Positions 39,500 to 52,944 are shown, numbered from the stretch's first letter. The stretch is DNA of 64,000 bases from Malacoraja senta (GCA_038087875.1 CM075991.1:1860001-1924000), one strand, 5' to 3'. Translations and numbers: made by a program. The notes: generated from the letters alone by a model not told the origin.

Positions 39500-40980
39500 T
39501 TCCATAAATTCATAAGTTATAGGAGCACAATTAGGCCATTCGGCACATCAAGTCTACTCCGCCATTCAATCATGGCTGATCTATCTTTCCATGTCAAGCC
39601 CATTCTCCTGCCCCATCCCGAAAACCCTGACACCTGTACTAATCGAGAATCTGTCCATTTCCACCTTAAAAATATCCATCGACGTCCCCCACAACCTTCT
39701 ATGGCAATTAATTCCACAGATTCACCATCCATTAACTAAAGAAATTCCTCCTCATCTCCTTTCTCAAGGTAAGTCCTTTATCCACTTTGGGGACAAAAAC
39801 AGGAAGGCAGATTATTATTTGAATTATGTCAAGTTGGGAAAAGGGGAAGTACAAAGAGATCTGGGGGTCCTTGTTCGTCACTCACTGAAAGCAAACATGC
39901 AGGTACAGCAGGCAGTGAAGAAAGTTAATGGCATGTTGGCCTTCATAACAAGAGATGTTGAGCATAGGAGCAAAGAGATCCTTCTGCAGTTGTACAGGGC
40001 CCAAGTGAGACCACACCTGGAGTATTGTGTGCTGTTTTGGTCCACAAATTCGAGGAAGGAGATTCTTGCAATTGAGGGAGTGCAGCGTAGTTTCACAAGG
40101 TTAATTCCAGGGATGGCGGGACTGTCATATGCTGATAGAATGGAGCAGCTGGGCTTCTATACTCTGGAATTTGGAAGGATGAGAGGGTATCTTATTGAAA
40201 CATTTAAGATTATTAAGGGAATAGACACGATAGGGGCAGGAAAAATGTTCCCGATGTTGGGGGAGTCCAGAAGCAGGGGCCACAGTACAAGAATAAGGGG
40301 TAGGCCTTTTAGAACCATGATGAGGAATAATGATTTTACCCAGAAAAGTGTGAATCTGTGGAATTCTCTGTCTCAGAAGGCTGTGGAGGCCAATTCTCTG
40401 GATGCTTTCCAGAGAAAGTTAGATAGAGCTCTTAAAGATAACGGAGTCAGGGGATATGGGGAGAAGGCAGGAACGGGGTGCTGAATGTGAATGATCAGCC
40501 ATGATCACTGCGAATGGTGGTGCTGGCTCGAAGACCGAATGGCCTACACCTGCACCTATTGTCTATTGTCTAATTCTGAGGCTCTGATCCTCAACCATCC
40601 CACTAGCTGAAATATACTCTCCACATCCACTCTAGCCAGGCATTTTAATTATTCGGTAAGTTTCAATGAGGTCCTCCCTCATCTTTCTAAACGCCAGCAA
40701 GTAGAGGCCCAGTGCTGTCAAACTCTCATCATATGTTAACCCAGTCATTCCTGGGATCATTCTTGTAAACCTCCACTGGAACCCCTCCAAAGCCAGCACA
40801 TCCTTCCTCACATATGGGGCCCCAAACTGCTCACAATACTCCAAATGCGGTCAGACCTGTGCCTTGTATAGCCACAGCATTACCTTCCTGTTTTTTATAT
40901 TCTAGTCCTTTCAAAATAAATGCTACCATTGCATTTGCCTTACTTACACTATTGGTTCGACTTGCAGATTAACCTTTTGG
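39500..40980. mobile_element. Minus-strand CR1 with a plus-strand CR1 (39778-40571) nested inside
   Basis: ORF 39591..40484 has RPHLEYCVLFW. Flanking minus-strand CR1 resumes at AATTCTGAGGCT. Confidence 0.85.
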
Positions 40981-42484
40981 GGACCTAAAAGTGGTAAATC
41001 CTAATTTACCACTTTAATGGATTTTATCCGACCGTTGACATTTAGAACTCCTTCAAAACAATTGGCTTTCACGAGGACTTGATGCAGTTGGCTATGAATT
41101 ATAATATATGTATTCTAATAACACACCCTCTTACAGAAATGATCATGTTCAATATCAATAAGCAGTGTCGTGTTCCCAACACACAATTAGGAAAGGTCTC
41201 ATGAGACGGTGTCACTGATATTTTAAACATTGCATGTAAAAAGTACTGGCCACATTCTGCAGAGGCACAGCTTGTCTCTGCAAAATATCTTTTGCTGTTG
41301 AGCTGGCAGGAAACACCTGGGAGAGTGGTGTTTGCTGCGCTTATCTTTCATTTATCTTCTGTGAAGTATTGGTATGCTGACAAACATGTTTCCGCAGCAC
41401 ACTGTGATTTCTGTCAGAAGATTTGGCATCCAAGTTCTATTCCAGGCACATATTCAAAATGGTTCATTTGCAACTTCTGGTTCAGTGCCAGGTAAATGGT
41501 GTGATGTATAACGTGGAATGCTTCATATTTCTCTCTGTGTGGTGACTGATGCATGTCCCTCATCTGGAAAGTTAACTGTGTCTCTTTCCACATAATCTGC
41601 CTATCCTGCATCGATTGTCCAGAATATTCCATTTTCATTTTTGTTGGTCATGTCAAGTCAATTTTCTTTTCTAATTCATCAGTTCTAGCCTGTTTGTTCT
41701 GACCACAACATTGACTGTTGTCCGGACAAAGTTTCTTAATGTGCTGGTAACTGCAGCCATGAAGCCATTTCAATTAATCACATTGCATTCATTCCCTTTG
41801 CTTTATACATCCTTCCCTCGCCTCCTCATCCAATGAAAAGTACCTTGCATCTCTCTCATTACTGATTCTGTTGAATGGGCATCGACCTCAAATGCTGACT
41901 GTTTCTCTTTCCACTGATGCTGAGTTTTACCAGTATTTTCTGTTTTTGTGTCTGATTTCCAGCACATGAAGATTTTTTGTTTTTATCATATTCTTCATTA
42001 CTCTGCAAATGAAGCAGCCTTTGGCTGCCTGCAACAAAATCTAGACAATTTTCTAAAATGTGCTAACAAATGGCAAACAACGAATTAATGTTTTTAGACT
42101 GCAGTCAGTGTAACATTACAACACTGCTGTTTAACCTGATGCAATAAAGGATCAGCCATGTTTATTCCAAAGTGAGATTACATTTAACTGGGAGAACACC
42201 TTGGAAATGGCTCCTTTTTCATCCATCTCCTTTTTTCTTCCCTACAGGTGGCAGAGGCCAGCGATCTGGAAGATTCTAGAAGGTTGCAGCAGTGCCCCCA
42301 ATCCATGTTATACACTACAGACACACTGTGTCGGTGTGGCGGCGGGTGGGAGAAAAGGTTAAACTGTTGGTTGATTTGTTGGTCAGTGGCATATTTAGGA
42401 GTGATTCCACACTCTCTGCAACACCTCCAGTGTTGGTGCAGTCTTGAAACTTACAAACCAACTGTCTCCAATTAGTTAAAAAAT

Positions 42485-42925
42485 CAGAAGTGCTTCAAGA
42501 ACTCAACGGGTCGGGCAGTATCTCTGGAATAAGTGAATGGGAGACGTTTCGAGTTGGAACCTTTCTTCAGACTATTTGTAGTGGGGAGAGAAAGCTGGAA
42601 AAGAGGTGGTGGTGGGAAAAATGCTGGCAACTGAGAGGGGGACACAGGTGAGGGAGGTTGTGATTGGCAGATGGGTGGACAAAGCCAGACATGAAAAGAC
42701 AAAAAGCCATAAAATAACATAGGAGAAGTGAAATGTGAAGCCTGAGGAAAGGGATATTGGGGGAAGGGGCGGGGAATGGAGTGGGGTAGTGGAATAAATA
42801 TTCCTATCTCTCTACCCTGTGCCCCAGCTGGAAGCACACTCATTTCTCCCACTACCCTCCCCCAACCCCCGCCCGACCTATTTCCCTTCCTCCGCTTTTA
42901 CATTACATTCATCTTCTCTTTTTAT
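42485..42925. mobile_element. Penelope-like LTR fragments
   Basis: Minus strand CTGAAGAAAGGTTCCAACTCGAAACGTC at about 42544-42571, with a purine-rich PLE segment. Confidence 0.6.
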
Positions 42926-42929
42926 TACA

Positions 42930-45670
42930 GGAGTGAATGTGAGGGTTAGGCAAAAGATTCAAAAACAGGGCCTTGAGGGTAGTGACCTGTGGATGCTAGC
43001 TCAGTGCCACGTATTACTGAGGGCAGGAATTGGAGTTTAGGATAGATGAGTGTGTGGCTGACGGGATAGTGCTGGGATTCCAATTTTGGGATCATTGGGA
43101 ACTCATCTGGTGCAGAAGTAACCTGTCCTGCAGGAACGGGTTCCACCAGAACTGAAAAGGGACCAATATCCTGATGGGCAGTTTTGCTTGGAATAGTTTA
43201 ATCTCAATTGGCAGGTAGTGGGATCCAAAGCTGTGGTGTGGAATTTGAGACAGGTTAGCTTCAGAATGTTCATTATACAAGGATGGCAGGGCACAAGTAA
43301 AGACCGTTGGATTAAAATGCATTTATTTCAATGCAAGACTCTGACAATGAAATTGGAGATACACGAGTCAAGGATATCATAGCCATTACAAAATCATGGC
43401 TAAGAAAAGGACAGGAATGGCAACTTAATGTTTCAGGATACAGGAGCTACAGTTGACTTAGAGGTGGAGAAAAGAAAGGAGAGAAAGTTTAGTTTTTGAT
43501 TAATGAGAACATTACAGCAGTCGTCTGAGATGACTGCGGGATCATCCAGTTAGGCTGCATGGGTTGATCTGAGAAACGGGGATGATCACCTTGTTGGGAG
43601 TGTATATAGGCCTACAAGAAATTGTGGAAATTAGCAGAACAAATATGCATGGAGATTGGGAGGAGGTGCAGGAATAATAGGGTTGTCTTAAAAGGGGGTT
43701 TTAACTTTCCTGATATAGAAGTGTGTGCAAGGGAGAGGGTAAAAGGGACTTGTTAAGATGGGCATGGATCTACATGGACGAGTGTGTTGAAAAGCTTGGT
43801 TTCATCAGTATGACCCAGAAAAGATTCATGGTGACTTCCTTGTACTTGTACGCCATGTTTTTATTTAGAAATGACAAGTACTGTGGGTATTTTTGACAAC
43901 TTTTCAACTTGCCCTGTCATTTCTACATATACTTAGCTGTGGGTCCATCTATTCTTGTTCTTCTTTTAGAATTGTACTCTTTGGGATTGCCCCTTCTCGT
44001 GCTTTCTATTAATGTGCATCACTTCCTGTTTCTCAGCATTGAATTCCATACCTCATCTACCTGACTATTCCTCTGTTATAGCGAGACATGTGTTGCCAAA
44101 CAAAGTGATTTTATTAAGTTCACACAAAACAGCTCTCAGAACCACAACATGGGGCAAGGGCGTTACCAACAGTATTTATACCCCAGCCGGGACCCGTGAC
44201 CTGATCTGCCCACCACAACTAGTCACATGACCCAACCCCCAGAGCCGAAGGTTCGCACCACGAGTGACTAACCACCAGGGACCGCCACAACACTTTGATT
44301 CTCTGGAGTCAGAACTTTGACATTTAACATAGATTTTGTTTATTTCCAAACATAATCTTTATTCAGCATGAAAGATATATAAAACAAAAACTGTGCAAAG
44401 ACTCTTCAGACATGCTCATCGTCTTTAAATTTGTGAGTGTTATACACAGTAATGTTCATGTTTATACAACAGTACAGCACAATTCAGGCACTTTGGCCCA
44501 CAATGTCCACGGCAAACATCATTCAAGACCATCTCTTATCTCCCTACACATAATCCATATCTCTCCGTTTCCTGCATATTCATATGTCTATCGAAAAGCC
44601 TCATAAATGCCACCACCATATCTGCCTCAAACCACCAACCTTGGCAGCATGTTCCAGGCATTCAACACACTCTGTGCAAAAAAGATATCGTGCACATCTT
44701 TAAACTTAGTACCTCCAACTTTAAAGCTATGCCCTTTTATATTTAAATGTTCCATCTTTGCCGAAAGGCTCTGACTGTCTACCCTACTTATGCCTTCCAT
44801 AATTTTACAATCTTCAAGACAGACCTTGGAAGCCTTCCTCACAGTAAAGCCTTCCTCTAGCCTTCTTGGTGTAATCTAAAAATTTACTAACAGCCCATCT
44901 ACATTTACATCCAAGTCATCTATATATCACCAACAGAAGAGGTCCCAGCACAGAACCCTGCAGAACTGCACTGATCACAGACCTCCATTCTGAATATTGT
45001 CCTTCCTCCACAATATTCTGTATTCAATCAGTAAGCATTGATACTGAGAGTGGTGAGTCTGTGGAATTCTCTGCCTCAGAGGGCAGTGGAAGCAGGTTCT
45101 CTGGATGCTTTCAAGAGAGAGCTAGATAGGGCTCTTAAAATAGCGGTGTCAGGGGATATGGGAAGAAGGCAGGAACAGGGTACTGATTGGGGATGATCAG
45201 CCATGATCACATTGAATGGCGGTGCTGGCTCGAAGGGCCAAATGGCCTACTCCTGCACCTATTGTCTATTGTCTATAGTCTATTGATACAATCAAGTCAC
45301 TATTAATCCAATGCATCTTTATCAACCTATCTTGGATCATCAAATGCATTACTAAAATCCACGTAGACAACATCCACTGCCCTACCCTCAATGATCATCA
45401 CCTCCTCACAAACTCAATCAGGTTAGTAAGACATAACCTGCCATGTACAAAGCCATGTGCTGACTGTCCCCGATTAACTAATTCTCCTTCAAATGGCAGT
45501 AAATCCTATCCCGTGATATTCTCTCCAATAGCTTCCCTTACACTGATGAGTTTCACTGGCAAGATCTTTGTCAAGGCTTTCATGGTCTCCACTCTTGCTT
45601 CTCTCAATAAAATGGGATAAATCCCATCAGCTCGAGGGGATTTATCCACCTTAATGCTCTTCAACACCTC
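42930..45670. mobile_element. Decayed CR1 fragments (ORF1 end/EN +, RT -, short tail + at 45045-45275)
   Basis: KCIYFNAR, IIAITKSWL, GGFNFPDI and CR1 tails. Confidence 0.7.
44074..44289 (-). mobile_element. Probable solo Gypsy LTR
   Basis: Minus strand TGTGGCGG...TATAAATA...AATAAA...ACA. Terminus resembles the LTRs at 53958-57188. No TSD seen. Confidence 0.5.
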
Positions 45671-45684
45671 CTACCGTTACCTTA

Positions 45685-45985
45685 TCGAGAATAGAGTAGA
45701 CCCAAGCACAGAGAGTGCACTGGTTGGTGAAAGTTAAAACTCAGAAGGGCTTCTACTTGAATCGGAGTCGTGAAAACAGGTCGCAGGGTCCAATCCAAAA
45801 GTACACAGGCAGAGGAATTGAGGACCAGTCAATTTTAAGGTTATATTGGACAAGCCTGGGGTGGCCAAGAATGAGGGGAAGTTTAGGAGAATCCATGAGT
45901 TGGATCATTTCAAAATGTTTAGCACTAATTAAGTGCTTCCGTGGAATGGTTTGATTTTCTCTGACCCCAGAGGGCTGCCATCTAA
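45685..45985 (-). mobile_element. Gypsy relic (protease-region fragment plus LTR piece related to 48217-48616)
   Basis: Minus strand DSPKLPLILGHPRLVQYNL. AGAGTAGACCCAAG...AAGTTAAAACTC is shared with 48242-48295. Confidence 0.5.
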
Positions 45986-46094
45986 AGCCGTGACTATTAT
46001 GGGTTTATCAAGAGGAGTTTAAGGAATCCTCAATTTCTTTGCCTGAGAAATGTCGGAAATATTTCCAGCAGACCCCAGAATCACTGCAAGTCAC

Positions 46095-48140
46095 GAGAGT
46101 CTGGCTGAGATCTCCCCCAGGAGATACTTGCCTTCAACAAGGTGCAGTTTGTACTGAGGTTGGGAGAATTAATCAGTGCAAAAGGGAGGCTTATCTAGAG
46201 TGCCGGGGAGTCTAGAGCACATGGGATTGGTGCCCAGCACACCAGAGAAGCCAGGGAGAACAAGGGAGACCTGACAGTGGTCTGGCTTGACCTGACCAAT
46301 GCCTACGGCTCCATCCCACACAAGCTGATGCAGACAGTCATGGCCAAGCACCATGTGCCGGGCCAAGTGGCAGATCTCATCCTGGACTATTACAACCAGT
46401 TCAGCATGAGAGTCTCATCAGGGTCAGTAACATCAGAGTGGCACAGACTGGAAGTAGAGATCAACACAGGCTGTACCATCTCTGTGATCCTTTATGCCTT
46501 GGCGATGAACATGATCGTCAAGTCTGCTGAGCCAGAGTGCCGGGGCCCTCGGACCAAGTCAGGAGTGCGCCAACCATGAATCAGAGCCTTCATGGATGAC
46601 CTGACTGTCACCACTGAGTCAGTGCCAGGAGGCAGGTGGATCCTGCAGGGGTTGGAGAAACTGATTGGATGGGCAAGGATGTGGTTTAAGCCAGGGAAAT
46701 CAAGGTGATTGGTGCTGATTACGGTCAAAGTCATGGGCAGGTTCTGCTTCAGCATCGAACCAATCCTAATTGTCTCCGAAAAGCCAGGGAAGAGTCTTGG
46801 CAAGGTGTTTATCAGCAGCCTGAAGGATACAGCATCAGTCCAGGCAACCTGTCAGTAGTTGGAGAGCTGGTTGAGAGCCGTGGACCGGTCAGGGCTTCCA
46901 GGCAAGTTCAAGGCATGGATTTACCAGCATGGTATCTTGCCAAGGATACTCTGGCCACTGCTTGTTTACGAAGTCCCAATATCCATCAAAGAGAGATTGG
47001 AGAGGAATGTCAGCAGCTTTTTCATGAGGTGGCTGGGACTGCCCAGGAGCCTTAGCAGCATCGCCCTTTACGGAAATAACACCAAGCTCCAGCTGCCCCT
47101 GAAGTCCCTGGGGGAGGAGTTTAAGGTGACTCGGGCCAGAGTGGTGATGCTGTACAGGGACTCCAGCGATCCCAAGGTGGCTCAGGCAGGGATGGAGGTG
47201 AAAACTGGGAGGAAGCGGAGAGCCTGCGAAGCCGTGCTGGAAGGAGAGTCTCGGATAGGCTACAGAGTCCTGGTGGGAACAGTGACTCGGGGAAGAGCTG
47301 GTGTAGGAATCTTCCCAACTCCCCAGTTTAACAAGGCCAAGGGGAAGGAGAGCCACGGGCTGGTCCAGGAGGAAGTGAGGGCAGCGGTGAAGGAGGAGAG
47401 GTCTAGCAGAGTGGTTGGCTAGAGGCAGCAGGGAGCCTGGAGAAGGTGGGAGCAGGCCATGGACCGAAAAGTCACATGGACTGAGCTCTGGCAGGCTAAA
47501 CCACAGTGCATCAAGTTCTTGGTCCAGGCAGTGTACGATATCTTGCCCAACCCATCGAACCTCTTCATCTGGGGCAAAGCGGAATCTCCGGATTGCCCGC
47601 AATGCCCAGTCAACAGAACGTTGGAACACACCCTGAGCTGCTGCCCAAAGGCACTTGGGCAGGGCTGGTACACCTGGCGCCACGACCAGGTTCTTAAAAC
47701 CCATTGTAGAGGTCATCAGCGTGGGAATCAGCAGCTGCAGATGAGCACGCCCCACCACCCAGATGATCACCTTCGTGAAGGCCGGAGTGCAGCTGCCAAG
47801 AACCACAGTCGTCAGGAATCCGTCATGAATCCTGCTGACTGCGCAGGACTGGCAGCTTTCTGTAGACCTGGTGAAACAGCTGAAGTTCGCACAGCATATT
47901 GCCATGACCACCCTGAGGCCAGACATCCACCTGGTCTCAGAGGCGCGGAGAAGGCCTCGAGATGGCTCTGGATCAGGAGAGGAGGTCCATGAGGAGGAGC
48001 GAATGCCACCTGAACATAAGTCGTGGTCTGAGCAACCACGGCTGGGTCGCCTGGGTGAGGGTGAAAGACCCGAAACACCCAATGACCCCGTGTTACATCA
48101 CTGATGATGTGTTCAGGAGCATCAAGAGATGTATTTTTTA
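46095..48140 (+). mobile_element. HERO/NeSL-like non-LTR retrotransposon with restriction-like endonuclease, 5'-truncated and degenerate
   Basis: WLDLTNAYGSIPH, GCTISVIL, AFMDDL, LPGKFKAWIYQHGILPRILWPL, CPQC...EHTLSCC, WRHDQVL, TTLRPDI. 3'UTR GAAAGACCCGAAACACCC. Confidence 0.88.
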
Positions 48141-48216
48141 TCTATCAGGCTGTAAAGAGTTTGAAGGGAGGGGGTAAGATTTGAGAAGAAACTCTTCTGT
48201 CATTGTTCCCATCCTT

Positions 48217-48616
48217 GTCTTGACGGAACATTAATGAAAGCAGAGTAGACCCAAGGTCAGAGGGCACACAGGAGTCAGGAACAAGTTAAAACTCTGAAGG
48301 GATTTTACTGGAATAGTTCTGGTAAGCAGACCACAGGGTCAAAATCAAAAAATTGCAGCAACAGGAATGAAATTGGAGAGATCAGACCAAAGGTCAAAAC
48401 CACAAGTAAAGGTAAACTAGAGAACAAGAAACAGCCAGCAAAAATCCAAGACAAAGCACCAACAGAGACAAACATCAGAACTTAAAAAGGGAACTCAGAC
48501 AGTAACACAAATAATGACACACAGGTGAAAATGCCTAAAACAGGATAAACACAAAAGAGAACACAGACTATGCCACCCTCAAGTGGTCAGCAGAGGAATT
48601 AGCAGACAATGTGACA
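48217..48616 (-). mobile_element. Probable solo LTR
   Basis: Minus strand begins TGTCACA, is T-rich, and is homologous to 45685-45830. Confidence 0.45.
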
Positions 48617-48649
48617 CGTTCTGAATCTCAAAAAAAAACAGCCGATTGG

Positions 48650-48815
48650 TGTTAGTTTAGTTTAGTATTGGTTCGAGATACAGTGTGGATGCAGGCCCTT
48701 CGACACACCGAAACCAAACCCGGGTCTCTGGCGCTGTAAAGCAGCAACTCTACTGCTGCACCACCGTGTCGCCCTAAGTTTAGTTTAGTTTAGTTGAGAA
48801 GTGCAGTGTGGAAAC
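48650..48815 (-). mobile_element. HE1/V-SINE-like tRNA-derived SINE, internally deleted
   Basis: Minus strand GGTGGTGCAGCAGTAGAGTTGCTGC...CCCGGGTTTG (A/B boxes) and (AAACT)n tail. Confidence 0.7.
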
Positions 48816-48989
48816 GGGTGGGTTTAAACAAAAAAGTGGGGGGGAGTGGGGGTGGAGTCAGCAACGTGGAAGCGTATCCGTGCAGCTAACGGGAAAGAGA
48901 GTGTTGGAAAGGTCACATTTAAACTAACAGGACAGGGGGATGCGGCCCAATGCAAGCAGACAGTGGGCCATAAAATGAGGACAGAAGCT

Positions 48990-50580
48990 AAAGTTAGAAG
49001 GGAGATAATAAAAACTAACCTGAAAACTTTGTGTCTTAATGCGAGGAGCATTTGAAAAAAGGTGGATGAATTGAATGCCCAGTTAGTAGTTAAGGGATAA
49101 GAAATAGTTGGAATTATGGAGACATGGCTCCAGGGTGGCCAAGGCTGGGAACTAAACATGCAGGGGTGGTCGATATTCAGGAAGGATAGACAGAAACGAA
49201 GAGGAGGTGAGGTGGCATAGCTGGTTAAAGAGGAGATTAATGCAATAGCAAGGAGAGACATTAGCTTGGATGCTGTAGAATCAATATGGGTAGATCTGCG
49301 AAATAGCCAAGGGCAGAAAATGCTTGTTGGAGTTGTATGCAGACCAGCAAACAGCAGTAGAGAGGTTGGGGACAGCATCAAGCAGGAAATTAGGGATGTG
49401 TGTAGCAAAGGTACAAGGGATATCATGGGTGACTTTAATCTAAATATAGATTGGGCCAACCAAATTGGTAACAGTGCTGAGGAGGAGGATTCCCTGGAAT
49501 GTATACGGGATGGGTTTTTAAACCAATATGTAGAGGAACCGACCAGAGGGCAGGCCATCCTAGACTGGGTATTGTGTAATGAGGAAGGATTAGTTAGTGA
49601 TCTTGTTGTGCAAGGCCCCTTGGGCAGCCGTGACCATAATACGGTGGAATTCTGCATCAGGATGGAGAATGACACGGTTAATTATGAGACAAGGGTCCTG
49701 AACTTGAATAAAGGAAACTTTGAAGATATTAGATGGGAATTGGCTAGGAATGGACTGGCAAATTATACTTAAAGGGTTGACAGCAGAGATGCAATGGCAA
49801 AAATTTAAAGACCGCATGGATGAACTCCAGAAATTGTTCATCCCTGTCCGGCGAAAAAATAAAACTGGGTAGGCGGCTCAACCGTAGGTAATGAGGGAAG
49901 TCAAGGATAGAGTTAGATCCAAGGAAGAAGCATATAAATTGGCCAGAAGAAGCTACAAACCAGAGGACAGGGAGAAATTTAGAACTCAACAGGAGGACAA
50001 AGGGGTTATTTAAGAGGGGGGTTAAAGAGCATGAAAGAAAGTTTGCAGGGAATATAAAAATTGACTGTAAATGTTTCTTTGAGTATGTAAAAAGGAAAAG
50101 ATTAGTGAAGACAAATGTAGCTCCCTTACAGTCAGAGACAGGTGAATGTAGAATGGGAAACAAGGAAATGGCAGGACAGTTAAACGAGTACTTTGGTTCT
50201 GTCTTCATTGAGGAAGACACAAACAATCTCCTGGAAATACTAGGGGACCGAGGATCTACTGGGAGGGAGGAACTGAAGGGAAACCACATTAGTCAGAAAA
50301 TGGTGTTAGGTAAAATATTGGGACTGAAGGGAGATAAATCCCCAGGGCCTGATGGTCTGCATCCCAGAGTACTCAAGGAGGTGGCCCTAGAAATCTTGGA
50401 TGCATTGGTGATCATTTTCCAATGTTCTCTTGACTCTAGATCAGTTCCTGTGGACTGGAGGGAAGACAATGTAACTCCACTTTTTAAAAGAGAAAATGGG
50501 TAATTATAGACCCAGTTAGCCTTACATCGGTAGTGGGGAAGATGCTGGTTGATTATTAAAGATGATATAGCAGCGCATTT
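48990..50580 (+). mobile_element. CR1 ORF2 (APE endonuclease to early RT), degenerate
   Basis: LCLNARSI, IMGDFN, EPTRGQAILDWVLCN, SRDHNTV, KSPGPDGLHPRVLKE. Confidence 0.92.
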
Positions 50581-50705
50581 AGAATGTGGGAGGGAACTGG
50601 AGCATCCAGAGAACACCCATGTGGTCACAAGGAGAACGTACATACTTCGTACAGGCAGACTCGTGGTCAGGATCTAATCCGGGCCTCTGGCGCTGCGCCA
50701 GTATG
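50580..50705 (-). mobile_element. HE1/V-SINE-like fragment
   Basis: GGAACTGGAGCATCCAGAG...GGTCACAAGGAGAACGTAC...GGGCCTCTGGCGCTG. Confidence 0.6.
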
Positions 50706-51137
50706 CAGCCACAAAGCGTGTTCTCCACAATTATCTCACTGTCCTCCATTTCATTTTCCTTGATAAAAACCAATACAAAGTTCTCATTTAGTACCTCTCC
50801 AACATCTCCAGACGCCAAGCACAAATTCCCTTCTTGATCCTTGAGCAGTCCTACTTTCTCCCTGGTTTCCTCCTGTTTTTAATACTGACACTCCTGTTGC
50901 AGGCAAGTTACATTTAACTTACCCTCATGTAAAAAAATTACAATAGGTGGTCCTGATTTCTGAATGACCTGTGCTATTGCAATGGGAGGATGGCAAGGGT
51001 TTCCCGTCAGCTTCATGGATACAAAAACGTTGCATGGGATCGCTGATCTTCCAGCTTCAGCCCCTATCGGATTGGCACTGGAAGGTGAGCGAGAATGAGG
51101 GAGCAAATCCTGGCCGAGTTCCAGTCATCTTTCACAA

Positions 51138-51383
51138 GATGCACCAGCCAGTCCTTCACCAGCTGCTGCACCGTCTAGTTGACATGGCTGTTGATGCGGC
51201 TCATATTGTAGCCCCATGGCCGACGGAGCTTTCTTTGGGCCGCCCCACCAACAAGACACGCGGAGCCACTGTCGGCCTCCCTCCCCTCTCACCATCTACT
51301 GCTTCCAGTCGGCCTTCACTGAGTCCACTCCACCGTTTTGCTTCCACCGCCGCCTCCTCCTTCACCCCCAGAGTTGCCGACAT
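51138..51383 (-). pseudogene. Probable linker histone H1-like pseudogene (globular domain, frameshifted)
   Basis: MSATLGVKEEAA...SGLSEGRLEAV.../KKAPSAM/GYNMSRINSHVN*TVQQLVKDWLV resembles H1 SELI.KAV...KKALAAGGYDVEKNNSRIK...LV.KG.LV. Confidence 0.5.
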
Positions 51384-51560
51384 ATGAAGATGTCAGCGAC
51401 TCTGGAGCAGAAGGTGGAAGAGTCAACAGTGCAGGGGGGAGCTGACAAAGTAAAAGCTGACCAGCAGCACTGGCACAGAGTTTTAAGAAATAGCAGAAAG
51501 TAACAGAAAGTAACTGAGCAGATTAAATCAGTCTTAAGAAGGGTCCAACCCGTAATGTCA

Positions 51561-52835
51561 AGTCAAGTCAAGTCAAGTCACATTTATTTATATAGCACAT
51601 ATAAAAAACAACTCTCGTTGGCCAAAGTGCTTTACATTTGTTATAAGAATAACACAAACAAAACAAAGTACATACATATATACATGTAGCCCTCACTCAA
51701 AGGACGTCAGGAAAGGCTTGGGAGTACAGTTAAGTCTTTAGTCTTGACTTAAAAGAGTCGATGGAGGGGGCAGTTCTGATGGGAAAGGGGATGCTGTTCC
51801 ACAGTCTAGGGGCTGCAACTGCAAAGGCGCGGTCGCCCCTGAGCTTATGCCTAGACCGTGGGATATTCAGCAACCCCAAGTCGGCCGATCTGAGGGGCCT
51901 GGAGGTGGAGTGGTGGGTGAGAAGACTTTTTATGTAGGTGGGGGCAAGTCCATTGAGGGCTTTGTAGACATGGAGGAGGATCTTGAAGTTTATACGGAAC
52001 CGCACAGGGAGCCAGTGGAGAGAGACCAGGATCGGGGTGATGTGGTCCCTTTTCCGGGTGCCCGTCAGGAGTCTCGCTGCGGCGTTTTGGACCAGTTGCA
52101 GGCAGGACAGGGAAGGTTGGCTGATGCCAGTGTAAAGGGAGTTGCAGTAATCTAGGCAGGAGGAGATGAACGTGTGGATGATCTTTTCCAGGTCATCAAA
52201 CTGGAGGAATTGTTTTATTTTAACTATCGTCCGAAGCTGAAAGAAGCTAGCTTTTACCATGGCATTGACTTGTTTGTCAAATTTCAGTGCTGAGTCAAAT
52301 ATCACGCCAAGGTTTTTGACGTGAGGTTTGAGTAGTGGGGTAAGGCTTCCAAGGCTGCCTGCTGTCATTTTGATTGAGTCCAAGGGGCCGAGAAGGATGA
52401 CCTCAGACTTACTCTTGTTTAGTTGGAGGGAGTTCTGGGCCATCCAACACTTTATATCTTCGAGGCAGTGGGTAAGGTTAAACAGATTTGATTGGTTTTG
52501 GGGCTTCAGGGGGAGATAGAGTTGTGTATCGTCTGCGTAGCAATGGAAGGAAATGCCGTGCCTTTCAATGACTTGGCCTAAGGAGAGCATATACAGGGAG
52601 AAGAGAATGGGGCCAAGGATGGAACCTTGTGGAACACTACAGCAGAGATTAGCTGGGGAGGAGAAAGAGTTGCCTATGTTAGTTGAGAAACTCCTACCTT
52701 TGAGGTAGGAGATGAACCAGCTCAGGGCAGTGCCATCAATACCAACCCCATACCGGAGACGGTCAATTAGGATGGTGTGGTCGACAGTATCAAATGCTGC
52801 GCTGAGGTCAAGAAGGAGCAGAATTGCACAGACAG
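51561..52835 (-). mobile_element. L2 LINE, 5'-truncated RT, relatively young
   Basis: LLDLSAAFDTVDH, PQGSILGP, CYADDTQLY, QLVQNAAAR, (GACTT)n tail. TSD AATGTCA at 51554-51560 and 52836-52842 inside a PLE LTR. Confidence 0.95.
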
Positions 52836-52944
52836 AATGTCACCTCCATGATCTCCAGAGATGTTGCCTGACTCGCTGAGTTACTCCAGCACTTTGTGCC
52901 ATTTTGTCCATTAACCTGCATGTGCAGTTCTATATTTCTACCTA

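Noticed and set aside
46889..48082. 397-aa minus-strand ORF, the longest in the track
   Set aside because: Antisense shadow of the HERO-like coding strand, with no motifs of its own
48824..49675. 283-aa minus-strand ORF
   Set aside because: Antisense to CR1 endonuclease
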